A stretch of 64,000 nt of DNA from an uncultured bacterium (GCA_965541585.1 CBEUCH010000001.1:393460-457459), one strand, 5' to 3'; positions 1 to 10,161 are shown, counted from the first letter of the stretch. Notes: generated by a model from the sequence alone, not told the origin. Translations and numbers: made by a program.

Positions 1-119
1 TCGTTGCGGCAGCCTACTATTAAGCATCATTATTATCATCCGGCAAATTCCCTTGCCCGCATAGGCGTTAATGTTTAATATCAGATTGCCAATATTGTGA
101 TGATCGGGAGGAGGTTGTA

Positions 120-2252
120 ATGGATAGAAGTCTCGATGGGATTTTCAGGCCGAAATCGATAGCCGTGATAGGCGCCTCGACGAGAAAGGGAACTATCGGC
201 AGGGAAATCCTTCATAATCTCATAGAAAGTGAATTCAACGGCAAGGTTTTCCCTGTAAATCCCAAAGCCAGCGTGATTCATTCCATCAAATGCTATTCGA
301 CCATACTCGATGTCCCGGACGCTGTGGACCTCGCAATAGTAGTTGTGCCGCGCGACAGTGTTAAGATGATACTTGAGCAGTGCGGCGAAAAGGGGGTCAA
401 GGGCGTCGTGGTGATTACATCGGGATTTAAGGAGACAGGTGAAGAGGGGGCTGAAAAGGAACTCGAGCTTATGGAGATCATCCGTAAATACAATATGCGG
501 ATGGTTGGCCCGAATTGTTTCGGAGTGCTCAACACCGATCCGAATTACTCCATGAATGCTACGTTTTCAAAGACAAAACCTCCCGTGGGTAATGTCGGTT
601 TTATGTCCCAGTCCGGCGCGCTGGGTGAGGCGATACTCGATTATGCCGATAGACTGCGGCTTGGCATCTCCATGTTTGCATCTGTGGGAAACAAGGCGGA
701 TATCTCCGGCAATGATATTTTAGCATACTGGCAGGACGATCCTATCACCGAGCTAATCCTTTTGTATCTCGAGAATTTCGGTGACCCTCGCCGGTTTACA
801 AGAATAGCTCGCGGTATCACTCGCAAAAAACCGATCGTGGCGGTAAAGGCAGGGCGCACTGCTGCCGGGGCCAGGGCCGTAAGTTCGCACACGGGAGCGC
901 TGGCAGGGCTCGATGTCGGTGCCGATGCCCTGTTTGATCAGTGTGGAGTCCAGAGGGTAACATCGGTGGATGAGCTTTTCGATGTTGCCATTGCCTTTAC
1001 CAATCAACCATTGCCGGAGGGCGACAGAATAGCCGTGATCACCAACGCCGGCGGCCCGGGGATACTGGCCACCGATGCCGTGGTTAGCCTGGGCATGAAA
1101 ATGGCCGATTTTGAACCGAAGACACTTAAGCAGCTAAAAGCGAATCTACCTCCGATTGCCGCCATTAATAACCCCATTGACGTCATAGCCGCGGGCGGGT
1201 CGGATTCTTATCGGGTGGCCATGGATGCCGTCTTATCGGATAAGAACGTCGACGGCGTAATAGTCATTTTTGTGCCTCCAATCGTGGTTGACCACGGGGC
1301 GGTGATAAAAGCCATTGTGGAGATGATAGCCAAACACCGTAACAACAAAACCGTTTTAGGCTGTTTTATGGGCACTCCCGACGGAATCGCAGGTATAGAG
1401 GAGATGGCGAAGCACAAGATACCGATCTATACCTTTCCAGAATCCGCAGCCAAAGCTATGTGGGCCATGACCCGCTATCGCAAATGGATCGAGAGACCTG
1501 AGGGAAAAATAGTTGATTTCAAGGTCAAAAAGGATCGGGTTCGGAGGATAGTAGATGCTGCGGCTAAAGCGAAGCGTGAGATTATAATCGGCGAAGAAGC
1601 CCTGGAGATTCTCGATGCCTATGGTGTCGGGGTCGCCAGATCGATGAAGGCGAAATCCCAGCAGGATATGAAAAAAGCCGCATCGAAACTGGGATTTCCA
1701 CTGGTAATGAAAATCGACGATCCGAAGATTATCCATAAGACCGATGTCGGGGGCGTTGTAACAGATCTTCGCAATCAGGCCGAGTTGGACGATGCTTTCA
1801 GAAAAATGAAAAAGAGATTCAGTCGTCAGGGGAAGACGTTTATCGGAGTAATCCTGCAGGAAATGGTGACAAGCGGAGTGGAAACCATCGTGGGTATGCA
1901 CGACGATCCGTCCTTTGGTCCCCTGCTGATGTTCGGTCTCGGCGGGATATATGTAGAGGTTATGAAAGACGTGGCATTCAAGATACATCCGTTAACAGAT
2001 TATGATGCCGAGGAGATGATAAAATCGGTCAAGGGATATCCCTTGCTGACCGGTTTCCGCGGTTCTCCGGCTGTGGATATAAAGATCCTCGAGAAGACTC
2101 TCCTGAGGCTCTCGCAATTGGTTTCAGATTTCCCTATATTTGAATCATTCGATGTCAATCCTTTTATCGCCAGCAAGAAAACCGGGAAATCGAAAGCAGT
2201 GGATGCCCGGTTCGTTCTGAAGATTGATCGGGATGAGGATCCATCCAGGTAG
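120..2252 (+). CDS. Acyl-CoA synthetase (NDP-forming), fused alpha/beta (acetate--CoA ligase ADP-forming family)
   Basis: 710 aa. CoA-binding N-terminus (PKSIAVIGAS), GPNCFG, SQSGALG, phospho-His motif SSHTGALAG, TNAGGPGILATD, C-terminal ATP-grasp (HKTDVGGV, DPSFGPLLMFGLGG). RBS GGAGG upstream. Confidence 0.9.
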   Translation: MDRSLDGIFRPKSIAVIGASTRKGTIGREILHNLIESEFNGKVFPVNPKASVIHSIKCYSTILDVPDAVDLAIVVVPRDSVKMILEQCGEKGVKGVVVITSGFKETGEEGAEKELELMEIIRKYNMRMVGPNCFGVLNTDPNYSMNATFSKTKPPVGNVGFMSQSGALGEAILDYADRLRLGISMFASVGNKADISGNDILAYWQDDPITELILLYLENFGDPRRFTRIARGITRKKPIVAVKAGRTAAGARAVSSHTGALAGLDVGADALFDQCGVQRVTSVDELFDVAIAFTNQPLPEGDRIAVITNAGGPGILATDAVVSLGMKMADFEPKTLKQLKANLPPIAAINNPIDVIAAGGSDSYRVAMDAVLSDKNVDGVIVIFVPPIVVDHGAVIKAIVEMIAKHRNNKTVLGCFMGTPDGIAGIEEMAKHKIPIYTFPESAAKAMWAMTRYRKWIERPEGKIVDFKVKKDRVRRIVDAAAKAKREIIIGEEALEILDAYGVGVARSMKAKSQQDMKKAASKLGFPLVMKIDDPKIIHKTDVGGVVTDLRNQAELDDAFRKMKKRFSRQGKTFIGVILQEMVTSGVETIVGMHDDPSFGPLLMFGLGGIYVEVMKDVAFKIHPLTDYDAEEMIKSVKGYPLLTGFRGSPAVDIKILEKTLLRLSQLVSDFPIFESFDVNPFIASKKTGKSKAVDARFVLKIDRDEDPSR

Positions 2253-2326
2253 ACTTATCTTCAGCACGAATTCTCTTGGATACATATGATCTCCGCGCAA
2301 AAGTAGCGGATAAGCCCCATTTCCAC

Positions 2327-2355
2327 TTGCAGGCCTGCACGATCAATGTTATTAT
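2327..2355 (+). promoter_or_regulatory. Putative sigma70 promoter for the oah operon
   Basis: TTGCAG-17 bp-TATTAT with extended -10 TG; same TATTAT -10 as other promoters in this window. Confidence 0.45.
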
Positions 2356-2489
2356 GGTCAGGGCGCAGATCTGACGTTTTAGCTGGCGGGGGCGGAGCGA
2401 TAATCGGATCGAATTGAGTCAAAATCGATTAAACTTGTTTAAATTTAATAGATGAGGTTTTAAGAACATATAGCAAAGAAGAGGGAGAT

Positions 2490-3449
2490 ATGGATACTTT
2501 TCAGCCTAAAAAACCGGAAGATTACGGATTTAAAGAGATTATCTACCAAAAGAAAGACTGGGTGGCTCGTATCACGATAAACAGGCCGAAGTTTTACAAC
2601 GCCTACAATACGCCGTGCCTTCAAGAATTGACGACGGCTTTCACCGATGCTTCCTGGGATGATGCAGTCGGAGTGGTGATCTTCACCGGCGCAGGCGAAA
2701 AGGCCTTTTGCACCGGCGGCGATGTCAAGGAATATGCCGCTTATTACACCCAGAAACCGCGTGATTATTTTAAGTATATGGGGCTTTTTGCGGGCTACAT
2801 CGAGGCGATTCTTAAGTGCGGCAAGCCGGTTATCTGCCGTCTGAACGGTATGGCCGTGGGCGGCGGCAACGAGTCGCACATGGCATGCGATCTCTCCATA
2901 ATGGCTGATGATACGTACATAGGCCAGATTGGGACCAACGTCGGTTCAGTGGCCTGCGGGGGGGCCACGCAATGGCTGCCTATTTTTGTCGGCGACCGGC
3001 GTGCCAGGGAGATTCTCTTCCTGAACGAAAGAATCAAACCGGAAAAAGCGCTGGACTGGGGATTGGTCACTCAAGTCGTACCTCGCGATCAACTGGATGA
3101 CGCCTGCGCGGAGATGGCCGACAAAATGCTCAACAAGTTCCCGGAATGTATGCGTTACACCAAGACACAGATTAATTATTGGAAGGAGCAGGTCTGGTAT
3201 GCCACTATCGGCCATGCCCGAGACTGGCTGACCCTGCATTTTTCCTCCTGGGAGCCTAACGAGGGCATGCAGGCATTCGTAGAAAAACGCAAGGCCGATT
3301 ATATGGGTCTGCGTAAGATTGCTGCCGAAGGGGGCTCATCGGAATTCAAATACGGGCCATATAAGCATGTATGCAAAGCCTGCGGCGCAACCCAGCTTCC
3401 GGGATTGCACAAATTCTGCGGCATGTGCGGCGCAAAATTAGAGGTATAG
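2490..3449 (+). CDS. oah: 6-oxocyclohex-1-ene-1-carbonyl-CoA hydrolase (Oah/BzdY/BamA) with C-terminal zinc ribbon
   Basis: Crotonase fold (AFCTGGDVKEYA, RLNGMAVGGGNE, GSVACGGATQWLP); C-terminal CxxCG...FCGxCG; located in the benzoyl-CoA reductase cluster. Confidence 0.85.
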   Translation: MDTFQPKKPEDYGFKEIIYQKKDWVARITINRPKFYNAYNTPCLQELTTAFTDASWDDAVGVVIFTGAGEKAFCTGGDVKEYAAYYTQKPRDYFKYMGLFAGYIEAILKCGKPVICRLNGMAVGGGNESHMACDLSIMADDTYIGQIGTNVGSVACGGATQWLPIFVGDRRAREILFLNERIKPEKALDWGLVTQVVPRDQLDDACAEMADKMLNKFPECMRYTKTQINYWKEQVWYATIGHARDWLTLHFSSWEPNEGMQAFVEKRKADYMGLRKIAAEGGSSEFKYGPYKHVCKACGATQLPGLHKFCGMCGAKLEV

Positions 3450-4205
3450 ATGTCTAAAAAAGACTCCGGCTGGTGGGATGATTTCTTCCCGGCGTTCACG
3501 CCGATTTTCGGCACTGTATCTCAAAAAGTGACTAATGCTCACGCCCGCTACGTCATTAAGAAACTGGATCTCAAACCCGGGAAAAAATTCCTCGATTGCG
3601 CCTGTGGTATCGGCAGAATCGCATTGCCCATGGCGAAAAAGGGTATCAGGGTCACGGGCGTTGATTTTATGCAATCCTATCTTGACGAGCTTGCAAAAAA
3701 GGCCAAACGGAGCGGTTTGAAAATCGACCTGCAGAATTGTGATATGAGGCGGATAAATTTCGATTCTGCGTTCGATGCGTGCGGCAATCTCTGGACATCG
3801 TTCGGTTTTTTTGAAAAGGAATCGGACAATCTTCTCGTGCTGAAGAAGATGTATCGTGCGCTCAAGCCGGGGGGGAAGTTCATGCTGCATGTTATCAATC
3901 GCGATTGGATCATGGCCAAATATGAATCCACCGATTGGTTTGAGGTTAAGGGTGTGAAGGTTATGCAAAAGCGCAGTTTCGATTATGCCAGATCGATCAA
4001 TTGCGGCACCTGGTTTTTCCTTAAGGATGGCAAAGAAGAGTCTTTTGATGTCAACATTCGGATGTATTCTTTCCATGAATTGATCGGCATGTTTAAATCT
4101 GTCGGGTTCGTCGATATAGAAGGGTATGGGTCGGTGAAGGATGAACCTATCAGCCGGGATACGATGATGATGTTTATAATCGGCACCAGGCCCAGAAGGA
4201 GTTGA
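3450..4205 (+). CDS. Class I SAM-dependent methyltransferase
   Basis: Motif I LDCACGIGRIA, VTGVD, DMR, TSFGFF, LKPGGKF; starts immediately after the oah stop. Confidence 0.85.
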   Translation: MSKKDSGWWDDFFPAFTPIFGTVSQKVTNAHARYVIKKLDLKPGKKFLDCACGIGRIALPMAKKGIRVTGVDFMQSYLDELAKKAKRSGLKIDLQNCDMRRINFDSAFDACGNLWTSFGFFEKESDNLLVLKKMYRALKPGGKFMLHVINRDWIMAKYESTDWFEVKGVKVMQKRSFDYARSINCGTWFFLKDGKEESFDVNIRMYSFHELIGMFKSVGFVDIEGYGSVKDEPISRDTMMMFIIGTRPRRS

Positions 4206-4206
4206 A

Positions 4207-4953
4207 ATGTTTGATTTGAAGAATAAAGTTGCCATAGTAACCGGATCGTCGCTGGGTATCGGCTCGGCGGCGGCGCTATACCTGGCGAAATGCGGCGCCG
4301 ACGTGGCCGTGAATTACCGTAAGCACGACGCCGAGGCCAATGCACTGGCCGACGAGATTAAGAAGCTCGGCCGAAAATCGATGGCTATTCAATGCGATGT
4401 ATCGTCATTTGAAGACGCGGCGAAAATGGTCGAGGATGTTATTGCGGAATTTGGCAAATTGGATTTTCTGATTAATAACGCCGGCATAAACCGCGACGGT
4501 GTCATCTGGAAAATGACCGAGGAGATGTGGGATTCGGTGCTGGATACCGACCTCAAAGGGTATTTCAATTTCATCCGGGCGGCATCGCCGAAATTCCGCG
4601 AGCAGAAATCGGGCAGGATAATCAACGTCACATCGATTAACGGGCTAAGGGGCAAATTCGGTCAAGCTAACTATTCGGCTGCCAAGGCCGGTATTATAGG
4701 GCTAACGAAGGCGGTGGCAAGAGAATTGGGTAAGTATTCTGTCAACGTGAATGCCGTTGCCCCGGGTATGATACTCACCGATATGATGTCGGACCTTCCC
4801 GAAGAGGTTAAGCAGAAGGCTGTTGATGAGACGGTGCTCGGCCGGCTCGGCGAGCCGCAGGAGGTGGCGTCGGTGATAGCGTTTCTTTGCAGCGAGGAAT
4901 CTCGTCATATAACAGGCGAGGTGATCAAGATAGACGGCGGGCAATATATGTAG
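4207..4953 (+). CDS. SDR family 3-oxoacyl reductase / 3-hydroxyacyl-CoA dehydrogenase (FabG/BzdZ-like)
   Basis: TGSSLGIG, NNAGI, catalytic YSAAK, NAVAPG, IDGG. Confidence 0.9.
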   Translation: MFDLKNKVAIVTGSSLGIGSAAALYLAKCGADVAVNYRKHDAEANALADEIKKLGRKSMAIQCDVSSFEDAAKMVEDVIAEFGKLDFLINNAGINRDGVIWKMTEEMWDSVLDTDLKGYFNFIRAASPKFREQKSGRIINVTSINGLRGKFGQANYSAAKAGIIGLTKAVARELGKYSVNVNAVAPGMILTDMMSDLPEEVKQKAVDETVLGRLGEPQEVASVIAFLCSEESRHITGEVIKIDGGQYM

Positions 4954-4978
4954 GGTAGTATTTTAACGGGGGATAAAT

Positions 4979-5036
4979 GTAGGCGGCCAGCTCGTCCGGC
5001 CGCATGCGGGGTGTCGGCATTAAAATGCCGACCTAC
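4979..5036. repeat. REP/REPIN-like doublet (GTAG...CTAC) with two hairpins
   Basis: Starts GTAGG, then hairpin GCGGCC..GGCCGC; ends with perfect GTCGGCATT-AA-AATGCCGAC followed by CTAC; intergenic. Confidence 0.6.
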
Positions 5037-5079
5037 GAAAGAAAAAGACAATAAAGAAACAAATGAAAAAGGATAATCG

Positions 5080-6264
5080 ATGAACCTAAACGATGTAGTC
5101 TGTATCTCCGCCTGCCGCACGCCCATGGGAAGATTTGGCGGTACGTTGAAGAATATGGCCGCTTTCGATATAGGCGCGGTAGCCATAAAAGAAGCTGTTA
5201 AAAGATCGGGCCTGAAACCTGATGATATAAGCGAGGCAATACTCGGCAGCTGCCGGCAGGCGGGAAACGGCCCCAACCCATCGAGGACGGCGGCCGTTAG
5301 AGGAGGAATTCCAGAATCAGTTCCCACTCAAACGATAAATATGGCCTGCCCGTCGGGGATGAAAGCGATCCAGCTCGCCAGCCAGGCGATTCGGCTGGGC
5401 GATTCGGAAGTCGTCCTGGTCGGTGGTTTCGATTCTATGTCGACCATACCGTATCTTTTGAAAAATGCCCGCTGGGATGGTTTCAAGATGGGCGATAAGA
5501 CGCTTCAAGACGGGTGGTCTGATTCTATCGATCCTTTGATCAACCAGGGGATGGGCCAGACGGCGGAAAACCTCGCGGATAAATATAAGATCACTCGTGA
5601 GGAGCAGGACCAGTTTGCGTTATCATCGCATACGAAAGCTGCGAAGGCCCAGGACGAGGGATGGTTCGATGAGGAGATAGTGCCGATAGAGGTTATCTCG
5701 AGGAGAGAAACTATTACGTTTGCAAAAGACGAAACGGTCAGGCGCGACACAACCATAGAAAAACTGGCGAAGCTGAGGCCGGCATTTAAGAAGGACGGTA
5801 CAGTTACAGCCGGCAATGCCTGCGGCATGTCTGACGGCGCCTGCGGATTGGTGTTAACCAGCAGGGATAAAGCGAACGCTATGGGCGCGAAACCCATATT
5901 TTCAATCCTGGCATATTCGGCTGTGGCTGTGGGACCGTCGACAATGGGGGAGGGCCCCGGCGTAGCCATCCCGGCAGTTCTTGAAAAAACGGGTATGGGT
6001 ATAAACGATCCCGACCTGATTGAGGTCAACGAGGCGTTTGCTGTGCAGATTCTCTCAAATGAGAAAGTCCTCGGCTGGAACCGCGACAAACTGAACGTCC
6101 ACGGCGGAGCGATTGCGCTGGGTCACCCTACAGGGATATCGGGCGCAAGAATATTGGTAACGTTGTATCATGCTCTCAAGACCCACAATGGCGAAACAGG
6201 TCTGGCGGCGATATGCGGCGGCGGTGGTGTATCCATGGCCATGATGATCAAAAGGGAGTCGTAA
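5080..6264 (+). CDS. Acetyl-CoA C-acyltransferase (thiolase)
   Basis: RTPMG, active-site Cys in NMACPSG, NEAFA, GHPTG, ICGGGG. Confidence 0.93.
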   Translation: MNLNDVVCISACRTPMGRFGGTLKNMAAFDIGAVAIKEAVKRSGLKPDDISEAILGSCRQAGNGPNPSRTAAVRGGIPESVPTQTINMACPSGMKAIQLASQAIRLGDSEVVLVGGFDSMSTIPYLLKNARWDGFKMGDKTLQDGWSDSIDPLINQGMGQTAENLADKYKITREEQDQFALSSHTKAAKAQDEGWFDEEIVPIEVISRRETITFAKDETVRRDTTIEKLAKLRPAFKKDGTVTAGNACGMSDGACGLVLTSRDKANAMGAKPIFSILAYSAVAVGPSTMGEGPGVAIPAVLEKTGMGINDPDLIEVNEAFAVQILSNEKVLGWNRDKLNVHGGAIALGHPTGISGARILVTLYHALKTHNGETGLAAICGGGGVSMAMMIKRES

Positions 6265-6265
6265 G

Positions 6266-7039
6266 ATGGCTGAATACAAACATATTTGCTATGAGGAATC
6301 GGATAAAATCGGCTTCCTTACTCTGCAGAGAGATGACGGTATAAACGTGCTCAATATCGAGATGATGGAGGAGATCAATTCTGCATTGAAATCTCTGGAC
6401 GCTGGCCGGAACCTGAAAGCTCTAGTATTAAAGGCCAAAGGCAAGGCCTTCTCGGCCGGCGTTGATGTATCAGAACATACCGCGGAACTGGTCAATAAGA
6501 TGATTGATGCATTTCATAAGATATTTCGTCTCCTCGATAAGATGGAATGCCCGACCATCGCCCAGGTTCACGGCGCCGCGCTGGGTGGTGGCTGCGAGTT
6601 GGCATGTTTCTGTGATATGGTTCTTGCCGGGGAGGGAGTCAAATTCGGGCAGCCTGAGATCAAGGTAGGCGTTTTCCCGCCGGTGGCGGCAGCGGCGTTT
6701 CCGCAATACGCTCATCTGAAAAAAGTCTATGAGCTTTTGCTTGTCGGAGATGTTGTACTTTCCGACGAAGCCGAAAGAATGGGGCTGGTCAACCGAGTTT
6801 ATCCGAAAGAGGAGTTCGAGAAGAAATGCCAGGAGTTTGTATATAGATTAGCCTCCAATTCGGCGGCCATCCTGCGCTTGACCAAAAAGGCAATAAGGGC
6901 CGGTATGGGAAAACCGTTCTCCGAAGCATTGCCCGTGATTGAGAACATGTATCTTAAAGATATGATGCAAACCAAGGACGCTCATGAGGGCTTGGCGGCA
7001 TTTATGGGAAAAAGAAGGCCGGAGTGGAGGGATGAGTAG
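6266..7039 (+). CDS. dch: Cyclohexa-1,5-diene-1-carbonyl-CoA hydratase (Dch/BzdW-like enoyl-CoA hydratase)
   Basis: Crotonase motifs FSAGVDVSEH, GAALGGGCEL, GQPEIKVGVFPPVA; cluster context. Confidence 0.75.
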   Translation: MAEYKHICYEESDKIGFLTLQRDDGINVLNIEMMEEINSALKSLDAGRNLKALVLKAKGKAFSAGVDVSEHTAELVNKMIDAFHKIFRLLDKMECPTIAQVHGAALGGGCELACFCDMVLAGEGVKFGQPEIKVGVFPPVAAAAFPQYAHLKKVYELLLVGDVVLSDEAERMGLVNRVYPKEEFEKKCQEFVYRLASNSAAILRLTKKAIRAGMGKPFSEALPVIENMYLKDMMQTKDAHEGLAAFMGKRRPEWRDE

Positions 7040-7099
7040 AACCGACTTTACACGTGGAACTTTCCTGTATAGTGATTTACATAAACAACGGAGTTTGCC

Positions 7100-8269
7100 A
7101 TGAGAGCTTTATTTGTTTATCGGAGGCATGCCATTTGGCTTTTGTCATGTTTTCTTGTTCTTATGGCAAGTGTAGGGCGATCTGAGGTAATCTCCATCGA
7201 AGAATTTTTACGCGTAAGCATGGCATCAAAATCAGTAACTCAAGTTTATTCATATGATATTGGGGAGGATATTAAGGGATATGAAAGTGGGAATGGTCTT
7301 TTTGCTGTACGAACTAGCAGCAGTATAAAGATTTTTAATTCAGAAGGTGAAATCCAAACCTTCACTCCCTCATCGCGTATGGTTATAAAGGAATTCCTGG
7401 AAAACAAAAATATGTTTTTCGCGTCTACTCAGAATGAAAATGGAGATTACGTACTTGGGTTATTTAAATTGGATGGGTCTCCCATAAAGTTTTACTCTAA
7501 TCCTTATGTCCTGCCTTCTCCAGGAGGAGAATATTTATACACCGGGTGCTCAATGTTAAGTTCGGGTCCCATTTACGTATATGATAAGGAAGATAATTTT
7601 AATTTTCAAATTCCGAATCGGTTCGAATGTCAAGTATCTGCCCCTTCGGACTCCCAATTGATTGTCTTACATTACCAATCTCTTTCCTTGTGGAATGTTA
7701 ACACCCGGCAAAAAATATGGGAGTCAGATATTCCCAGGGAAGACTATTTTACCGACAGTGCATTCAAGATTACATATTCTGTTAAGGCAAATATCATTGT
7801 CGTTCGAGACATGATTGGCTGCCATTGTTATGATTTTCAGGGCAATTTCCTGTGGGCACAGGAAAGCCCTGGCAATAACAGGCATATTAACATGGTTGGA
7901 GTCTCCGAGGAAGACGGGAATGTTGTAATAACCGCTAATGAGGGCTTGATCAAATTAAATATATTTAGCCGCGACGGCGGTTTGCTTAGCGAGCCCGAGA
8001 TTCCCTTAGGCCCGGATTGCCTTTTCTCAGCAAACGTGACCCCCGGTACCGCAGAGGTTTTTCCTAATTTCATATTTCTTCCATTCATGGCGAATACTGG
8101 TGAAGACAGGAAGCGGGTCACCGGTATTCTCTATTATGATGATAGTGAATGGATTGCCGGCGTGGTAGAAGGATCCTGGTATTTACTGAGATCCTCAAAT
8201 GATGAATGCACCTTAATTGGCCTGAAAAAAGAAACAAGAGAATTATCGGCTTTTTCAATAAACTATTGA
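7100..8269 (+). CDS. Hypothetical secreted protein, probably beta-rich/propeller-like
   Basis: 389 aa ORF with N-terminal signal-peptide-like segment; visibly AT-richer than its neighbours. Confidence 0.6.
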   Translation: MRALFVYRRHAIWLLSCFLVLMASVGRSEVISIEEFLRVSMASKSVTQVYSYDIGEDIKGYESGNGLFAVRTSSSIKIFNSEGEIQTFTPSSRMVIKEFLENKNMFFASTQNENGDYVLGLFKLDGSPIKFYSNPYVLPSPGGEYLYTGCSMLSSGPIYVYDKEDNFNFQIPNRFECQVSAPSDSQLIVLHYQSLSLWNVNTRQKIWESDIPREDYFTDSAFKITYSVKANIIVVRDMIGCHCYDFQGNFLWAQESPGNNRHINMVGVSEEDGNVVITANEGLIKLNIFSRDGGLLSEPEIPLGPDCLFSANVTPGTAEVFPNFIFLPFMANTGEDRKRVTGILYYDDSEWIAGVVEGSWYLLRSSNDECTLIGLKKETRELSAFSINY

Positions 8270-8308
8270 TTATGATTCCCGTAATCGATGAATAATTCCA
8301 TTTTTCCC

Positions 8309-8337
8309 TTGACACCGATACTTCTACCCTATATTAT
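8309..8337 (+). promoter_or_regulatory. sigma70 promoter of the tetR-bzdNOPQ operon
   Basis: TTGACA (8309-8314)-17 bp-TATTAT (8332-8337). Confidence 0.7.
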
Positions 8338-8360
8338 TAGAACGAACGTTCGATTTAATA
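8335..8360. promoter_or_regulatory. Palindromic TetR-type operator overlapping -10/+1
   Basis: TATTAGAACGAACGTTCGATTTAATA: 26-bp imperfect palindrome with perfect core CGAACGTTCG, directly upstream of the TetR gene. Confidence 0.65.
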
Positions 8361-8382
8361 AATTTCGGGTGAGGAGCCCAGG

Positions 8383-8994
8383 ATGCCGGAAGCTAGCACA
8401 AAATCGATCCCAATACGGCGTAACCGTCAGTATGAAAAGAGGTTAGGCTCCATATTGAAAGCCGCGGCGGAGATCATCGCCAATGACGGCTTCGAGGGGG
8501 CCTCGGTCAGGAAAGTGGCTGCCAGAGCCGGAATCGGGCTTTCAGGCATCTACTACTATTTCAAAAGCAAAGACGAGATGCTTTTCGCGATGCAGGAAAA
8601 CACGTTTTCCATGCTGGTGGAATCTCTCGAGCAAAAACTAAAAAATGCTCATTCTCCAGAGGACAGGTTGAAAGCCGTGATAGACAACCATCTTCAATTC
8701 TTCTCGCAACAGATGAACGATCTCAAGGTCTGCTCCCATGAAATAGAATCGTTATCGGGCGCCTATTATGATGAGATTCTGAAGATCAGGAAAGAATACT
8801 ATAAACTGGTCAGGGATGTCATCAATGAGAATATTCCCGGACCCGGTTGTATCGATGCCAACCTGGCGGCGTTATTTTTATTTGGCTCTTTGAACTGGAT
8901 GTATATGTGGTATGACAGAAAAATAAATCCCGATCTTGAAAAACTCTCCAATCAGCTCTTGAGGATATTTCTGGAGGGAATAAAAGCAACCTAA
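8383..8994 (+). CDS. TetR/AcrR family transcriptional regulator (KstR2/PaaR-like)
   Basis: HTH GFEGASVRKVAARAGIGLSGIYYYFKSKDEML; C-terminal LNWMYMWY typical of acyl-CoA-sensing TetRs. Confidence 0.9.
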   Translation: MPEASTKSIPIRRNRQYEKRLGSILKAAAEIIANDGFEGASVRKVAARAGIGLSGIYYYFKSKDEMLFAMQENTFSMLVESLEQKLKNAHSPEDRLKAVIDNHLQFFSQQMNDLKVCSHEIESLSGAYYDEILKIRKEYYKLVRDVINENIPGPGCIDANLAALFLFGSLNWMYMWYDRKINPDLEKLSNQLLRIFLEGIKAT

Positions 8995-9010
8995 CCATCG
9001 CAGAGGAGTT

Positions 9011-10135
9011 ATGTTCTCAAAATTTTTCGAATGGTACGATAAAAGGCACGATTATGCCAGAAACTGGCTGGCCGAAAACGGCGGCGAGGTGGTCGGCTGT
9101 TTCTGCAGTTACGCGCCGGAGGAGATAATCTACGCCGCCGGGCATCTGCCGATGCGGATGTTGGGTTCCCACGAACCTCAGGATGTCACCGAACCGCATA
9201 TCTTCGGCATGTTCTGTCCCTTCTGCCGCGATGTTCTGGCACAGGGGCTCAAGGGGCGATACGATTATATGAAGGGGATAATGATCTCACAATCCTGCCT
9301 TCATTTGCGGCAATCGTTCACATCATGGAAGAAACATGTCCCGGTCGATTACGCTTATTATCTCTACATGCCGAATAAAGTGCAGACCGAACATTCCCGT
9401 CCGTATCTCAAAGGCGAGCTGGAGAAATTCAAGAAATCTCTGGAGGAATGGACTGGGAAGACTATCACAGATAAGGCGTTGCGTGAAAGCATCGATCTGT
9501 ACAACGAAAACCGCCGGCTGATGCATGATGTCTATAATCTTCGCAAAGGGCCCAATCCACCGGTTACGGGCCTCGAAGCCATGGTCATGGTGGCCTCATC
9601 GTTTTTCGTTGATAAGAAGGATCATAATGCCGAATTAAAGAGGATTCTCCCCGAGCTGAAATCCCTAAATCTCGAGCGGGAGACGGGGTCGCGGCTGATG
9701 ATTGTCGGTTCGGAAGACGATGACACCGAATTTGTCAAAATGGTGGAGTCTGTGGGGGCGACAATTGTTGCCGACGATCATTGCACCGGCTCTCGTTATT
9801 TCTGGAATCTCACCGAATCGAACGGCGATATCCTGCAGGACATAGCCAACAGGTATATAGATCGTCCGCCCTGCCCGACCAAGGATTGGGAGGAACGCCG
9901 ACGGTTTCCGCACGTTCTGCAGATGGCGAAGGATTTCAAGGTTGACGGCGTCATTCTGATTCAGCAAAAATTCTGCGATCCGCATGAATGTGATATACCG
10001 ATCTTGAAAAATTATCTGAACGAGAATGGGTTCCCGTCGCTGTTTTTGGAATTCGACGTTACCGTGCCGCTCGGGCCGATGAGGATCAGGGTAGAGGCGT
10101 TTCTGGAAATACTTGGAGAAGACGAACTATTTTAG
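9011..10135 (+). CDS. bzdN: Benzoyl-CoA reductase, Bzd-type, subunit N
   Basis: 2-hydroxyacyl-CoA dehydratase family: [41 protein letters not shown]. Confidence 0.9.
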   Translation: MFSKFFEWYDKRHDYARNWLAENGGEVVGCFCSYAPEEIIYAAGHLPMRMLGSHEPQDVTEPHIFGMFCPFCRDVLAQGLKGRYDYMKGIMISQSCLHLRQSFTSWKKHVPVDYAYYLYMPNKVQTEHSRPYLKGELEKFKKSLEEWTGKTITDKALRESIDLYNENRRLMHDVYNLRKGPNPPVTGLEAMVMVASSFFVDKKDHNAELKRILPELKSLNLERETGSRLMIVGSEDDDTEFVKMVESVGATIVADDHCTGSRYFWNLTESNGDILQDIANRYIDRPPCPTKDWEERRRFPHVLQMAKDFKVDGVILIQQKFCDPHECDIPILKNYLNENGFPSLFLEFDVTVPLGPMRIRVEAFLEILGEDELF

Positions 10136-10161
10136 GCGGTTATCCGCAAGAGGGAAAGATC

